This document shows, in pieces, positions 12,801 through 25,092 of a stretch of 64,000 nucleotides of DNA. The stretch is from Pecten maximus (taxonomy: Eukaryota): assembly GCF_902652985.1 (NCBI RefSeq), contig NC_047020.1:29078001-29142000 (forward strand), given 5' to 3'. The translations under genes were made by a program, and so were the position numbers. The notes under the pieces were generated by a model. The model was given only the letters and a program-made list of their open reading frames with translations, searched no databases and was not told where the DNA came from. Positions within the stretch are counted from its first letter, which is position 1, and every line of letters starts with the position of its first letter.

Positions 12801-15735
12801 CATACATATTCAGTGTGGCACACTTGTCCTTTATAGACATGATCTATTCTGATTCTTTATTCAAAGAGATATTAGTCTGCTGTGTATATCTGATAGCATG
12901 TTTGGAGCATTACCTGTGCTAAATAATGATTATTTATGAAATGGAACTTTTATTGTATTAACTGTACAAATGTGTATGCAGGCTGTGACCTTGTACGAGC
13001 GAGCAGCAAAGGAGAACCACTCCCAGGCCATGTACAATCTGGCTCTACTGTATCTGGGAGAGGAAGAGGGTCTGTCATCACCCGCACGTGGTCTAAAACT
13101 AATGAAGGAGGCTGCTGAACTGGGACTGGCTAAGGTAGGAACAGATCTGACATTAGTGGCCACAAACATTCAATAGGAATTATAGTGTACAGACCTTCAT
13201 GTGTGTGTATTTACAAGTTCCTTTTAACTCCTCGTTAATCTGAATTGTATTCAAAGTGTTATAGATGTACATGACGAAAATATGACATTGCTTTGATGTC
13301 ACAATTATGACATACATGTTGTGATAACTCATAGTATATCATGACAAAATTAAAGTCACGCCATGCATCCCCTGTGAAATACAAGTCCTACACACAAGTG
13401 TCTCAGATACTGAGAAAGTCTTAAATGGAAAAGTTGTAAAAAGATGACAACATACATTTATTATGATCAGTTCCCAGATTGTATTTAGTATTAATATCAA
13501 CAATGCATACAATTCATCACCCTTTCAATATTTATATTTAACCCTTTTACCCCCACTGACCATATTGGACTTCAAATGATGAATGAATGGCAGAGTCCAT
13601 TAAAGTTACTTGAGGGTGAAAGGTTAAGGGAACAAAAATGTTCATCATCATTAAAGAATTTCCTGTATGTGTATCTACTGGAAGTAAACCATCTTAATGA
13701 TTGATGCAAATCTTAAGGTTCAGAGATTTATTTGAACTTGAAACCCATGAATTTTGAAAACATAATTACAGATCTGCACATCTACCTCTATTCCAGGCCC
13801 AAACCTACATGGGAGTACACATCATGGAGCAGAAAGAACCCTTTATGGACAAAGCAGTTGCATACTTCAAAGCTGCAGGAGATCAGGATGTAAGTTACCT
13901 CCCCTTACTTTGTCAGCCACAATCTATGTGGTATGTAGACCCGAGTACCTGTCTGTGATGATATATCTGGCGTGATGGAAACATGATTTCTTGTCAGTTA
14001 CTACACACAAACCTCATTAGTTTAAGTCTGAGACAGGTATCGTGGAATTCCAGAGATACAACTCTACGTTTACGGCTGTTTTACAAAATTATAATGATGT
14101 AAATATAATATGCAAGATTTGTGTAACCCCTGATAATAATAGATTATACCAGTAGTTTAGGACAAGATAGAAATACATGTACTGTATTAGTTATCAACAT
14201 TTGGCACTAGGCATAAGCAGTGTATAGTATGTTATTTAGCACCAAGACCCAATAGTTTAATATTTAGTAATAATTTACCACGGATCGTGTTGCTACTACT
14301 TGTAGGCTCGGAGGGAGAGTACTTCCTATCATTGTGTTATGGGCAGGGATTAGGGAGGAAGCGAAGGTGACATTGTTTTATATTAACCACGGATTGTGTT
14401 GCTACTTTTACAGGACTCGGATGGAGAGTACTTCCTAGCATTGTGTTACGAGCAGGGATTAGGGGTGGAGGAAAACAAGTGTCGTGCAGCAGACTTGTAC
14501 AGTCAGGCTGCCACTAAGGGTCACGATGGCGCCATGTACAACCTAGCTTTCTTCCATGAGCATGGATTAGGAGGTGAGTCTTTTATAAGAGAAATTACAT
14601 TGTGTTAATTAATAAATCTATATATGTCTCACTTCATCTGGCTCAAGGATCATGAAACAGTTTTAGACTCAAATGCTTAGCCAATCACAGAAGAGGTTAC
14701 TTTTCATGAAGCTAGTTGTTTTAAGTTAAAACATCTGACTATGTTAAGACTCCTGATCCTCGGGCCAGTTATCAAGATTTTTTTTACTTTCACCTTGTTA
14801 CAATGTGAAAGTTAATGCGAAGGCAAACATCTTATTCTTTAATTTTGCAAAGATAAATCCTCTATTATTTCAAACAAAGATGTTGGTGAAGATCACAAGT
14901 GCTTTGTTTGTTAATAGGATTACCTGAGGATAGAGTTACAGCTATGACCTTGTACAAGAAAGCTGCAGATGCAGGAAATGAGAGTGCTATCTACTATCTG
15001 GAGGGCCCAAGTCATCCGGTCTCTCCCAGCTGGAAAGGTACATTATTTATTTTGCACTCTTTGAGCTAGGAATGAATGGAATATCTTTCGATTGAGTTCT
15101 TATTTATACATTCTACTTTCATCTATCAAAATGTCTGCTGCAAAACTTTTCAGGTTGCCATGGTAAGTGCAAAACCATTAAAAACAACTGTAAAGTTGTC
15201 ATTAAAAGAATATTTATAAACAAGTACAGCTGTCAAATTATCAGAAAGATTTTTTGTGATTCATTCCAACAACATATGACAAAAATTAAGTGCAAGGATA
15301 TTCAAATATGCTTTTTCTTACCATACAGAGCAGTACATGTATGACTTTGTTGCGGAGCCACAGCTTGAGATACGGATCCCAAAGCCTATCCAGGTGGAGC
15401 CACCAGCAGTGAAGGTGCAGCCTGTTGAACCTATCCCATTGTCTTTGTCATCTCCTTCCCTCACTGACTATGTACGCAAACACATAGAAGATCTAGATGT
15501 GAACAAAGATGTGGTACAGTTTGATGTGGCCTCACTTTCAACCCTGCAGCCTCAGTTTGTCAGTTCCAAGAAACCAGCAATGAAGAAGGATAATGGCGTA
15601 TTCTTCACTATAGGAACCAGTGAAACTGGTAGTTCTCCTCTATGGGCAGACTTTGATGATATATGGGAAGAAAATGTGGTAAAGGACAAAACCCACTTTA
15701 CTGCTTTGTTGCAGAGAAATAACGCCTGTGCCTGA
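6887..15735 (+). CDS. DELE1: Death ligand signal enhancer (DAP3-binding cell death enhancer 1)-like Sel1/TPR-repeat protein, 594 aa
   Basis: Exons: 6887-6917, 9299-9419, 9992-10142, 10464-10724, 11006-11293, 12982-13134, 13797-13889, 14414-14573, 14918-15037, 15329-15735 (1785 nt, open, phases consistent). It has an N-terminal MWRW..., the segment EALGW|[10 protein letters not shown], several Sel1 repeats ([53 protein letters not shown]) and an SSPSL motif. These resemble my recollection of vertebrate DELE1. Confidence 0.85.
11381..12616 (+). mobile_element. Internally deleted hAT-type DNA transposon with 5-bp TSD, in DELE1 intron 5
   Basis: TIR CAGGGCT(C/A)GAACTT at both ends and a CTTAG duplication (11376-11380, 12617-12621). 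Subterminal tagcccga/gactagt motifs are present. Broken coding remnant [15 protein letters not shown]...MVCKA...[16 protein letters not shown] resembles a TTF-type zinc finger, followed by [10 protein letters not shown]. Confidence 0.85.
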
Positions 15736-17987
15736 TGTAAGGTCGGTTACTTGCTCTTAATAGTAAAGGGACATAACTCATATAATTCATGTTTCATTTC
15801 AAATCATCTGCAACATATCACTTGTATGTTAAGTTTCATAAGATGTGTGTTTGGATTTCCATACAAAGGGGAGATAACTTTGTAATGCAGCAAAGTCATA
15901 CATACATCAAGCGGTATTAAAAAACTTTAGTTTAATTTGTATTACAAAATTAATATCATTTGCACATATTAAGCAGAATTTTACTCATCTTTTCAAGCAT
16001 TTCTCTTATAGATGTATATTTGAACAAGTTGCTATTTGATAAATGTTACTTTAAAGCAATATTTATCGATTGCATCTGTCCTCTAATGGAAAGACTGGCA
16101 TTTTCTCCCAAGTTTCCCCAACATGGGTACTGTTTGGTTTAAGTATCACTTACAGCCATTCTTGTTGAAGTGAGAAAACTCATAACTTGTTTGAGAGAAA
16201 ATCAGCATGAAATAACAGAGTTGTATTTTTAAAAAGATTTATTAAGGAATATGCTGTAGAACCGTGAAATAACCTACATCTGTGGTGCACTGTTGATGAC
16301 TGTACTGTAAAGAGAAATCCTGTGTATTTGATCCGAACCTAAAAAAAGTTGTATCAACAATATTGCACATAGAAAGGAAAGACTGCTGTTACATGTTGCT
16401 TTTTTTCTCTATAAAGAATTAATTAACCAGATATAAGTATAATAATAGATCATATCTACACACAGAGAAGTAGAGTAACACCCCCTTAACCAGATATAAG
16501 TATAATAGGTCATATCTACACACACAGAATTATAGTAACCCCCATCTTTTACATCTATTTGAGATCACTGAAAACCCTATACAAATGTCCCAGATTTCCC
16601 AGTGTGTCCATCAACATTTATACACAACCTATTTACATATTTTGTATTACTTCCTGATGTATGACCATACACTTTTGCTGTATAGATTTATGTAAATATG
16701 ATTTTGTTTACATACTGTATAACATAAGATGTTCATTGTGGATTAACTTTAGTTGTGTTATTGTTGCTTATGGAACCAAGAATATGACTGCAACAAATAG
16801 TGTTGTATGTAATATTGTTACATTAGCTTTGTACCCACAAAATAATCTGAAAGCTCCAAACCAGGAAAGAAAGTACCCACGAACATTTGATGTTATACAG
16901 TATAATTATGTCGTGCATAGTTTTTATAAGAACTTTGCTGCTACTTACTATGTAGAAAGCTTCAGAATAATTTTTTGCATGAATTCATACAATCATGGAT
17001 TACAAATTGTAACTTTGCAGTATAATCAATTCCAAAGAATAATTTGTGATGTTTTTGTTGTGTGCTTTCAAAATGCTGTGCGGTTTTTGGCGTCCCATTA
17101 CAGTTTGTTGTCTCTAGAATGAGCTCAGGGTAAGTCTTTCCCCCGGTGACTCGAGACTGTACTACCAGCAGATACACATTTTAACCTGTATATTGAATTA
17201 AAGAAGTGTCAAATGTGCCATATTTAAATCCTTAATTGGGAAGTTATTTTTGATTGACACATCCAGAAATAAATAGGTATGTAGGGATCCTTAAAATACA
17301 TGAACTAGCTAGGGCTTTGAGGAATATGAAACGGACAGGAGACTAGGTAAAGAAAGAATTTTTTTTTTCAAACTTCAGAAGATATCTTTGAACATGCAAA
17401 ATTTGTCAGGATATTCTGATCAATTCATATATATAGACGGATTGGATATAACAAAATAATTATGTAGAATGTATTGGCACAAGAGTGAGCCTTAATGAGT
17501 TTTGTTAGTGGAGAGTGGAGAGTGGAAGGGTGTCGATAGTTTAGAGGGAGTTTTGTCAGGGTAGGAAGGGAATGGTTTAGTTGAAAGTGAGAGGCTTGGA
17601 GAAATGAAGATTTATTATCATTATCTCCAGACTTGTTCAGTCCCAGATCAGATACCGATTGATGTACTCACAGCTGTAATGGGACAGTTGTTTTGATAAT
17701 TTTTGATTTAATTTTTTCTTCTCAAGAATATGTTATGCTTTTTGTAAATCTGGATTTTATCATGCATACTAATTTTATGTTTGAGAATATTAAATCAAAC
17801 TTAACTTTTGAAATTTGTCTGTTTTATTTCATTTTCACCTATAAACTGGTAGGGTAACTGCGAAGATTATCAAGGTTGTGTCGAGGTCACAATTGGAGTC
17901 GATGCATACCCAAGATACGATACCATTATGCTCTTTAAGTGCACCCGACTCTTTGGTAATGTTGAGTGCACTATGGGTTCTAATAAA

Positions 17988-18349
17988 TTTAACAGGGAGC
18001 ATGATAAATTAATTTCACTGTCTCTGCTAGTGATTAATCCCAGGACCTCTGGCTTACTAGTCACATGTTCAACCAATCAAGCTAAAGAGAAGCTCTCTCT
18101 GCCATGTGGTATATTGTGGCTAGTATTTACGTTGGTTATATACTCCCCCCTCCAGAGAAGAACTTGTCCACGGGTTAAAGTAACCTTTCACAAGTACCTA
18201 GATGGGCACCAACCTACCAAAGCATGATGAATTAAATTTATTTCAATGCCTCTGCTAGGGACCTCTGCCTTACTAGTCTCACAATTGAGCTAAAGAGAAG
18301 TTCTCGCTAGCCAAGCAGTGTATTGTGGCTAATATTTATCAGAATTACA
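17988..18349 (-). mobile_element. Degenerate tRNA-LTR TRIM (Helenus-like, family B)
   Basis: Two related direct repeats each carry a decayed tRNA-like segment (TAGCT..., CTAGTAA loop, AGAGGTCC). The spacer between them has PBS-like TTGGTGCCC and PPT GGAGGGGGGAG. Confidence 0.65.
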
Positions 18350-18566
18350 TATATGTAAGTAACAAAGCCTTGGCAAGGGTAAACAGAAGGGTTATGGTAC
18401 ATGTAAAGGAGAGTTTGGTATGTAAGTGTTCCTCATACCAATAAGTCAGTGGCATCATTCCCCCAGAAACTTTATTTCTAACAATTACAATGCAATTAAA
18501 TATACAGTGGTCAACTATGATAATATCCCAGAATAGTTTTATTTCAGGATTCAAAAGGACGGCCAG

Positions 18567-19500
18567 GAATATCAAGGATTGTGAATGAAAGGCCAAGGTT
18601 ATCAAGGATTGGGAAAGAAAAGGCCAAGGTTATCAAGGATTGGGAAAGAAAAGGCTGAGGTTATTAAGGATTGAGAGTGAAAGGCAAAGGTTATTAAGGT
18701 TTTGGAAGGAAAGGCCAAGGTTATCAAGGATTGGAAAGGTAAGGCCAAGGTTATCAAGGTTTGAGAAGGAAAGGCCAAGGTTACTAAGGATTGTGAAGGA
18801 AACGCCAATGTTATCAAGGATTGGGAAGGAAAGGCCAAGGTTATCAAGGTTTGGGAAGGTAAGGCCAAGGTTATCAATAATTGGGAAGGAAAGGCCAAGG
18901 TTATCAAGGATTGGGAAGGTAAGGCCAAGGTTATCAAGGATTGTGAGTGAAAGGCCAAGGGTTATCAAGGATTGGGAAGGCAAGGTCAAGGTTATCAAGG
19001 ATTGGAAAAGAAAGGCCAAGGTTATCAAGGATTGGGAAGGTAAGGCCAAAGTTATCAAGGATTGGAAAGGTATGGCCAAGGTTATCAAGGATTGTGAGTG
19101 AAAGGCCAAGGGTTATCAAGGATTGGGAAGGCAAGGTCAAGGTTATCAAGGATTGGAAAGGAAAGGCTAAGATTACTAAGGATTGAGAAAGAAAGGCAGA
19201 GATGATTAAGGATTGGGAAGGAAAGGCCAAGGTTATTAAGGATTGTGAAGGAAAGGCTAAGGTTACTACGGATTGATAAGGAAAGGCCGGGGTGATTAAG
19301 GATTGGGAAGGTAAGGCCAAAGTTATCAAGGATTGTGAGTGAAAGGCCAAGGTTATCAAGGATTGGGAAGGCAAGGCCAAGGTTATCAAGGATTGGGAAG
19401 GAAAGGCTAAGGCTACTAAGGATTGAGAAGGAAAGGCAGAGGTGATTAAGGATTGGGAAGGAAAGGCCAAGGTAATTAAGGAATGGGAAGGAAAGGCCAA
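18567..19500. repeat. 30-bp purine-rich minisatellite (aaggccaaggttatcaaggattgggaagga)
   Basis: About 31 visible tandem units between the DELE1 and RFC3 3' ends. This array is the source of the repetitive ORFs at 18602-19500. Confidence 0.95.
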
Positions 19501-20255
19501 GACACCATGTATGGTCAGTTGCTATCTATAGAAATAGCCTAAAATGGAATAAGATAACCAAAACTAGCTTCTGAACAATTCTTCATATCTTGTGGACTGT
19601 ATCTTCATGAACAATACTGACTCGCAAGGGATCTTACTTATTCGTGTGTGGATACCGGTACATTTTGGAAAGATGATGTACATCACACACAAAAAATAGG
19701 TTTCAGCAACCTATATTTTATTGCTTACAAGTAATTCAGTACTTTTGTTGAGATGGCCACTATTCAACAAAGATTCAGACTATTTATACATGTTATTACA
19801 TTTTAATAGCACAATTTCATTTACACACAAACTTTTCATTTTAAAACTTGACGTAATTTTCGTTTCTAATGTAGAATCACAGTTTAACATGTATCTCATC
19901 ACTAAGCACTCTCTTATCAAGTTTCATCAGATTAATCTAAACCCTCACTAAAACCCAACAATTCTAGTCTAGAACCCCAGCAATGTTAGTCTAGACCCTC
20001 ACTAGGGCTCCCGCAGTGTTAATCAAAGCCCTCACCACTTACACCACAGTTTAAACAAATCTCATTGTTACAGTCTGGTTACCATGGTAAATGAAACCAT
20101 TCTGATGAAGATTCATAACTCAACAAGAACTGTACTATACAGTGAGGTATAGTCTCATCAGAACATATCTGAGATGTCTTTGTGAAAGAATTGTCTCTGG
20201 TAAAGAAAGTCATAACAAGCTTCCTTGAAGAAGCGTTACAGAAGGCAGTAAATCA

Positions 20256-23200
20256 TCAGAACAGATCTGCAATGCCTTCCTCGAAAAAACGTTTATAAAT
20301 AGCCATAAACTTGGCCACGAAGGCCTCTAGATGGTAAATGGCCTTTTGTCCAGTCTGAAGACGATGTTCATAGTATGCAGCAGACTGCACCACCTCCAAT
20401 TTGAGCTCCCCATCACAATTCTTCACCAGTTCCTGTAGTAGGCCCTGAAACAACACAACATTAGTCTATTAACTAAAGGACAAACCACTGATAATGTGGA
20501 GGAGTATAATGTTATACTTAATGTAATAAGTTAATTACAAGAACTGCTTAGAGATGAAAGTATATTATTCTGCACTGTTAATCTGTATCTTTACTGGAGA
20601 GTTGTTCAATTTCACAGGGCTAATATTTCTCAGTTGTCACTCACAGTCAGACCTAGTTAATGGGTTTCAAATTTCACCAAATCATGCCTTGTAAACATTC
20701 TGCCGTTACATGTACTACATTATGATATGTATTTTCACACTATATTTAATGACTGTGAAATTTAGTGTAACCCTGGTAATACTAGTCACAATATGCCACT
20801 CGGCTAAAGAGATCTCTTTAGCTTGATCGGTTGAGTGTAAGGCTAGCAAGCCAGAGGTACCAGCTTCCATTCCTAGCGGAGGCAGTGATTTAAATTTAAT
20901 CATGGTCTGTTACATTAACAACATTATATCTCCTGTGAAAATATCACCTAGTACATCGTCGTGGAGTACCAATGTCCATTCTATGTCGATGGACAGGTGA
21001 AAGCAATACCAGACTTTGGATTTTCCCTTTTATCTTGTATATAAAACTGATAATTAATATACACAATGTAAACACGATGCTTATGGTCAAACTCAAAACT
21101 AGTCAAGGTCAATTTGACCCCTCGTGAAGGATCAGTCTCTCCAGAATTAACACAGGTAATATACATAATAATGTCATATATAAAATGTAATGGTGTTTTC
21201 TGCTCTTATATCTTGGACTATAGTGACAACAAAATAATATGTATATATCATACAACTGTCGACGTTAACAGAAACAACAAGAGGCTCATGGGACACAACG
21301 ATCACGATCTGAGGAGAAGTCAAAAATGCAAATTGTGTACAGACACACAATGATGGACAAAAAGGCAATTAGAATAGGTCACTTCATGTGAAGTGAACTA
21401 AAAACACAAATCATACTTACCCTCATGATAACATCTGCCGGTATACAATGTGTGATAAGCTCATACAGACGTGCTCGGACCTCCAGTAGCCTGGCAACAA
21501 TAGTTAAGGTTGTAATGTTATAAATAGCATCTCTCAACAAACTCAAGATTGAAATATTCTTTGTTTTATCTAACTTGGATATCACACCAAGTTGTTGAAA
21601 ATTCACCGGACATTTGTCATTTAGAATAAACTTGTTCTACATTATACGATCTCTCCACAGAAAAGGGATTCTGGATTCTCTTCATATCTACTGTATCAGC
21701 CAAAACTGCCACTTTGTTTGTGCTCAGAAATCAACAGAAGATAACATTTGATTGATGATAAACAATCATTCTAGGATTGTTGAAAACTTTTTATTTTTTA
21801 AATGACTGGACAAATCAGTTCTTTACTTTGAATACAAGATTTGAAGCGACTTACCGTTTTGGCGATTGTTGTTGGACGATAAGATTTGCTGTCTCTTTAA
21901 GGTACAACTCCCAGTCAGGCTCAGTCACCTCTTGGTCAGGTCGGAATGGATACCTATACATCATAATGATTCCATATAGGTGAATTGTTCCACCTCCATA
22001 TCACAGGTATCAGGCACTATATATATACATATTCCTAGTTTCCTGTGGGTTTGATGTTATACACAAACACATAAAAGTAATCAAAGTACCACAGTTCAAA
22101 TAAAGTAGCTTAATCTTGACAAAAACAAGCATGCTGGATATTGCTGAAGCAATACATGTCCCCTAGTGATCCTGCTAAAAATAGTAAGTGTCCTTAACCC
22201 AAAAATCCTGAAACTCGAACTTGATCTGTATCTACTCCTACTGAAGTTACATTCCAACTTTCATCAACATTCCTTAAAAGCACGACTGAGAAAAGTACGG
22301 AAAACAGAGTGGACGGACGAACTGACAGACGGGGATGAAACCTATAGTCCCCTGGTTTCACCGGTAGAAGACTAATAAATTGATCCAGTGCATAGGAGAC
22401 TATTGCATTACATTTTGTTTGGATTTTTCCATTGTCTGCTTGACAAAAAAAACCCAGATATTTCTGACAGTGGTCAATAGCTGTTTGTGTTTAAGACTAA
22501 CGTCTATACAAACTACATTCAAGTTGCATTAAAGTTACGTATGACTTACTGTTGGACTCTGCATGCCTCACACATCAGCAGGGCACGGCGCAGATTTCTG
22601 TTGCTCTTTTTGGCTATTTTGGTAGCTAATTCCAATGGCAAGGTCAATCCTTCTTTCTTACAAACACTCTGAAGGATCTGACTTATCTGAAATTGAAGCA
22701 GAGTGCCATATTCATGTGGTGCTGACAAAGATTTCACATTTCACAAAATCAGTAAATACATGGATAACATCTGTCTTGTTTCTTTGGTGACAGACTAAAC
22801 ATGCCTGTATCTACATTTTCTATGGGTTAATATAAGTGTTCAATCATTGACCTACCATCTGACCACCAGGCACCTGTTGTATGTACTCAATGTAGATATA
22901 TTAACCTGTTCTATGGAGGAGGCTGCCATCCTAACCCACAGACACCTGCTGTATGTACTCCATGTAGATATATTTACCTGTTCTATGGAAGGGGCTGCCA
23001 CCCTGACCCCCAGGCACCTACTGCGGATAGCAGGAATGACCTTCGAAGTGGAGTTGCAGCAGAGAATCAGTCGACAGGTGGCCATGTACTTCTCCATGGT
23101 CCGTCGTAGAGCATGTTGGGCGTCAACACTGAGACGATCAACCTCGGTCAAAATGACCACTGCAGTACAAGTATAAAGGGTTAATTATTCAGTAATGACA

Positions 23201-25018
23201 CATGATGACATTAATGGCGAATTTGTAATAAAACCTTGGTCAGTATTAAATGCACAAGATTATCACTCCTATTTAATGGGGTTGTGGTCAACATGAGATG
23301 AAAACTTTTTTTATCACCTCTTTTGTCCAGTATGTAGAAATCAACAACAAGATATACTTTAAAGCTTTTCTGTGAAGATGACAAGCTGGTTTGTATACTT
23401 TACAGTGAACAGATTATGTATACCTTTAAAGCTTTTCTGTGATGATGACTCAAGCTGGTTTGTCTGTGCAACTGTCTTTATGAGCTCCTGAATGACTACT
23501 CTGTCATTATTTCCCACGTCACTGTAAAACACAGGATCAAATTATGTTAAACATCTATTCTCATCAAGAGGCCCAATGGGCTCATATGACATCTCTTCGG
23601 TCAATCCATTAATCTTTGGTACAGTGAAATCTTTACACTACTACATTTATACAGATTTAGTGGTAAGCGATGGACATTTTGTCTTTCCCAACTTTTTTGT
23701 TTATCTGCTGAACATTGAGTAGTCTTTTCGAATTGATTGCAGCATTTTCAATTATCAATATAAAAAAAACCTAGCAGTGAGATTATTAATTGGTACTATA
23801 CAAATCCTTACCACTGCCAGACGATGAGTTACTGACCTTGGGTTGACCTCTATGTGGTAGTTACTGGAGATAGTGGATATGTCCAACTTTTTATTGGAAG
23901 GGGTTGTAAAGTTGTGTTGCTCTATGCGCAATTTTTCCACTCCAGATCCGTACAGCTCACGCAGAAGACACATGATCCGTGTCTTCTTTCCTGCTCCTGA
24001 TGGTCCATACACAATCAGGTGAGGGAAATCCCCACTGTTTACCTGTAATGTCAGATGTGATGGGGAATTGGCAAGGTCGACTAAGCATTTTTCTTTACTT
24101 CAAAATATCTTCTTAAAATAAATTTCATCAATGGGATTACAATGCATCATCAAACAGATGTCATGTATCACTATGCATACCTGTATAAAATTTCATAGCT
24201 ATAAATAGCTTTATATATCCATGCAAAATGTAAGAATAGAACGTCTAACATATATCGGAACAAGGGGACACAACAAAAAGAAACCCTTTCGTCTGAATGT
24301 CGCCCAGAATGTTTCCAGCAATAGAAAAATAGATACCTGGAATGCCTTCCCTCAGGAGGTGGTTTCAGCCGAAAACCTGAACATTTTTAAACATAGGATA
24401 AATAACCACTGGAAGAATCACGCCATAAAATCCCAACCAAGTATCTAGGACTGCATGTATTCCTAAGATGGTTAACTGAGCATGTACATCTATATATGCA
24501 ATCATATATACGAATACAATTTTTTAAACATTTATTTGTAAATACTATTTATACATCTACATAGCCAAAAGGCTTTCTATTGATGTTAGACTGATGAGAT
24601 ATATGTACGTCATGTGCTGCACACACACGTATATTATATACTATATATACATAGGGTTATCTTATAGGGTAACACGTACATGCAAGAGTCCAAAAACTCA
24701 AGTGGTTAGATGGATACAGAAACGTCTTGCCTAGTGAACGGGACAATGTGACTAAACCTCGGTTATCAATCCAGCCCATGTATAAATTATAATCTCGCTG
24801 CTGAAACACGGAAATATCAGAGCCCGATTGTTTATTCGATGGAGGACAACACTCAACAGATCATGTGTTGTCAGCTGCGTACATGTAACTAAAACGTAAA
24901 AGAAAAACAAGAATGATTGTGTTATACTAACCAGCTTTTTCAAATGGGCTGCCTGCTCCTTGTGGAAGTCTAGTTTATTGAGAGAATTTGGACGGTATTT
25001 ATCAACCCATAAACTCAT
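20256..25018 (-). CDS. RFC3: Replication factor C subunit 3 (38 kDa clamp-loader subunit), 355 aa
   Basis: Exons (minus): 25018-24932, 24042-23837, 23521-23424, 23159-22978, 22686-22550, 21953-21855, 21490-21421, 20444-20256 (1068 nt). Diagnostic motifs: MSLWVDKYRP, Walker A variant YGPSGAGKKT, EVDRLSVDAQHALRRTMEKY, SRC, RNLRRALLMCEAC and HLEAFVAKFM. Confidence 0.97.
20766..20914 (+). mobile_element. Solo LTR of the family-B tRNA-LTR TRIM, in RFC3 intron 7
   Basis: TGTAAC...GTTACA termini enclose a decayed tRNA-like segment similar to 17988-18349. Flanks TTAG/TTAA form a near-perfect 4-bp TSD. Confidence 0.65.
21275..21403 (-). mobile_element. Short HINE-like remnant
   Basis: An aacaagaggc.. 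hairpin-type end, an acag/acgg-like tract and the inverted repeat gtcacttc..gaagtgaac before an A-run. Confidence 0.4.
22124..22380 (-). mobile_element. Short HINE/Helentron-like non-autonomous element
   Basis: aacaag end with hairpin tattgctgaagcaata, a ggac/gaca microsatellite, and a subterminal inverted repeat tagtccc...gacta followed by an A-rich end. Confidence 0.5.
24250..24450 (+). mobile_element. LINE (CR1/L2-clade) ORF2 C-terminal fragment in RFC3 intron 1
   Basis: TRGHNKK..FRLNV...SNR.IDTWNAFPQEVVSAENLNIFKHRINNHW matches the conserved TRGH...R....WN.LP..V.A....FK tail of CR1/L2 ORF2. Confidence 0.75.
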
Positions 25019-25027
25019 CGTGTCTTT

Positions 25028-25092
25028 CTGGCGGGCAGGATTGCTGGAATTGCAATTTCGCGGGAAGATCGAGGTCAATTTAACGTTTGAAA
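25028..25092 (-). promoter_or_regulatory. E2F-type sites (plus a CHR-like hexamer) upstream of the RFC3 start codon
   Basis: TTTCGCGGGAA at 25056-25066 reads as an E2F-like site on both strands. TGGCGGG lies at 25029-25035 and TTTGAA at 25086-25091. This fits an S-phase replication gene. Confidence 0.55.

Noticed and set aside
16424-16545. ~60-bp direct repeat in the DELE1 3' region as a regulatory element
   Set aside because: It is a simple two-copy local duplication with no recognisable motif.
16661-17122. 153-aa ORF downstream of DELE1
   Set aside because: AT-rich composition, no recognisable motif and no splice context. It is probably 3' UTR or intergenic sequence.
18602-19500. Long repetitive ORFs (LRR-like 'FPILDNLGL', 'SLITLAFPSQ')
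   Set aside because: These are translations of a 30-bp minisatellite that is open in several frames on both strands. There is no splice support.
24752-25078. N-terminal extension of RFC3 suggested by the ORF track
   Set aside because: The ORF track starts at a non-ATG codon. The conserved start is MSLWVDKYRP at 25018, and the rest of that ORF is intron read-through.
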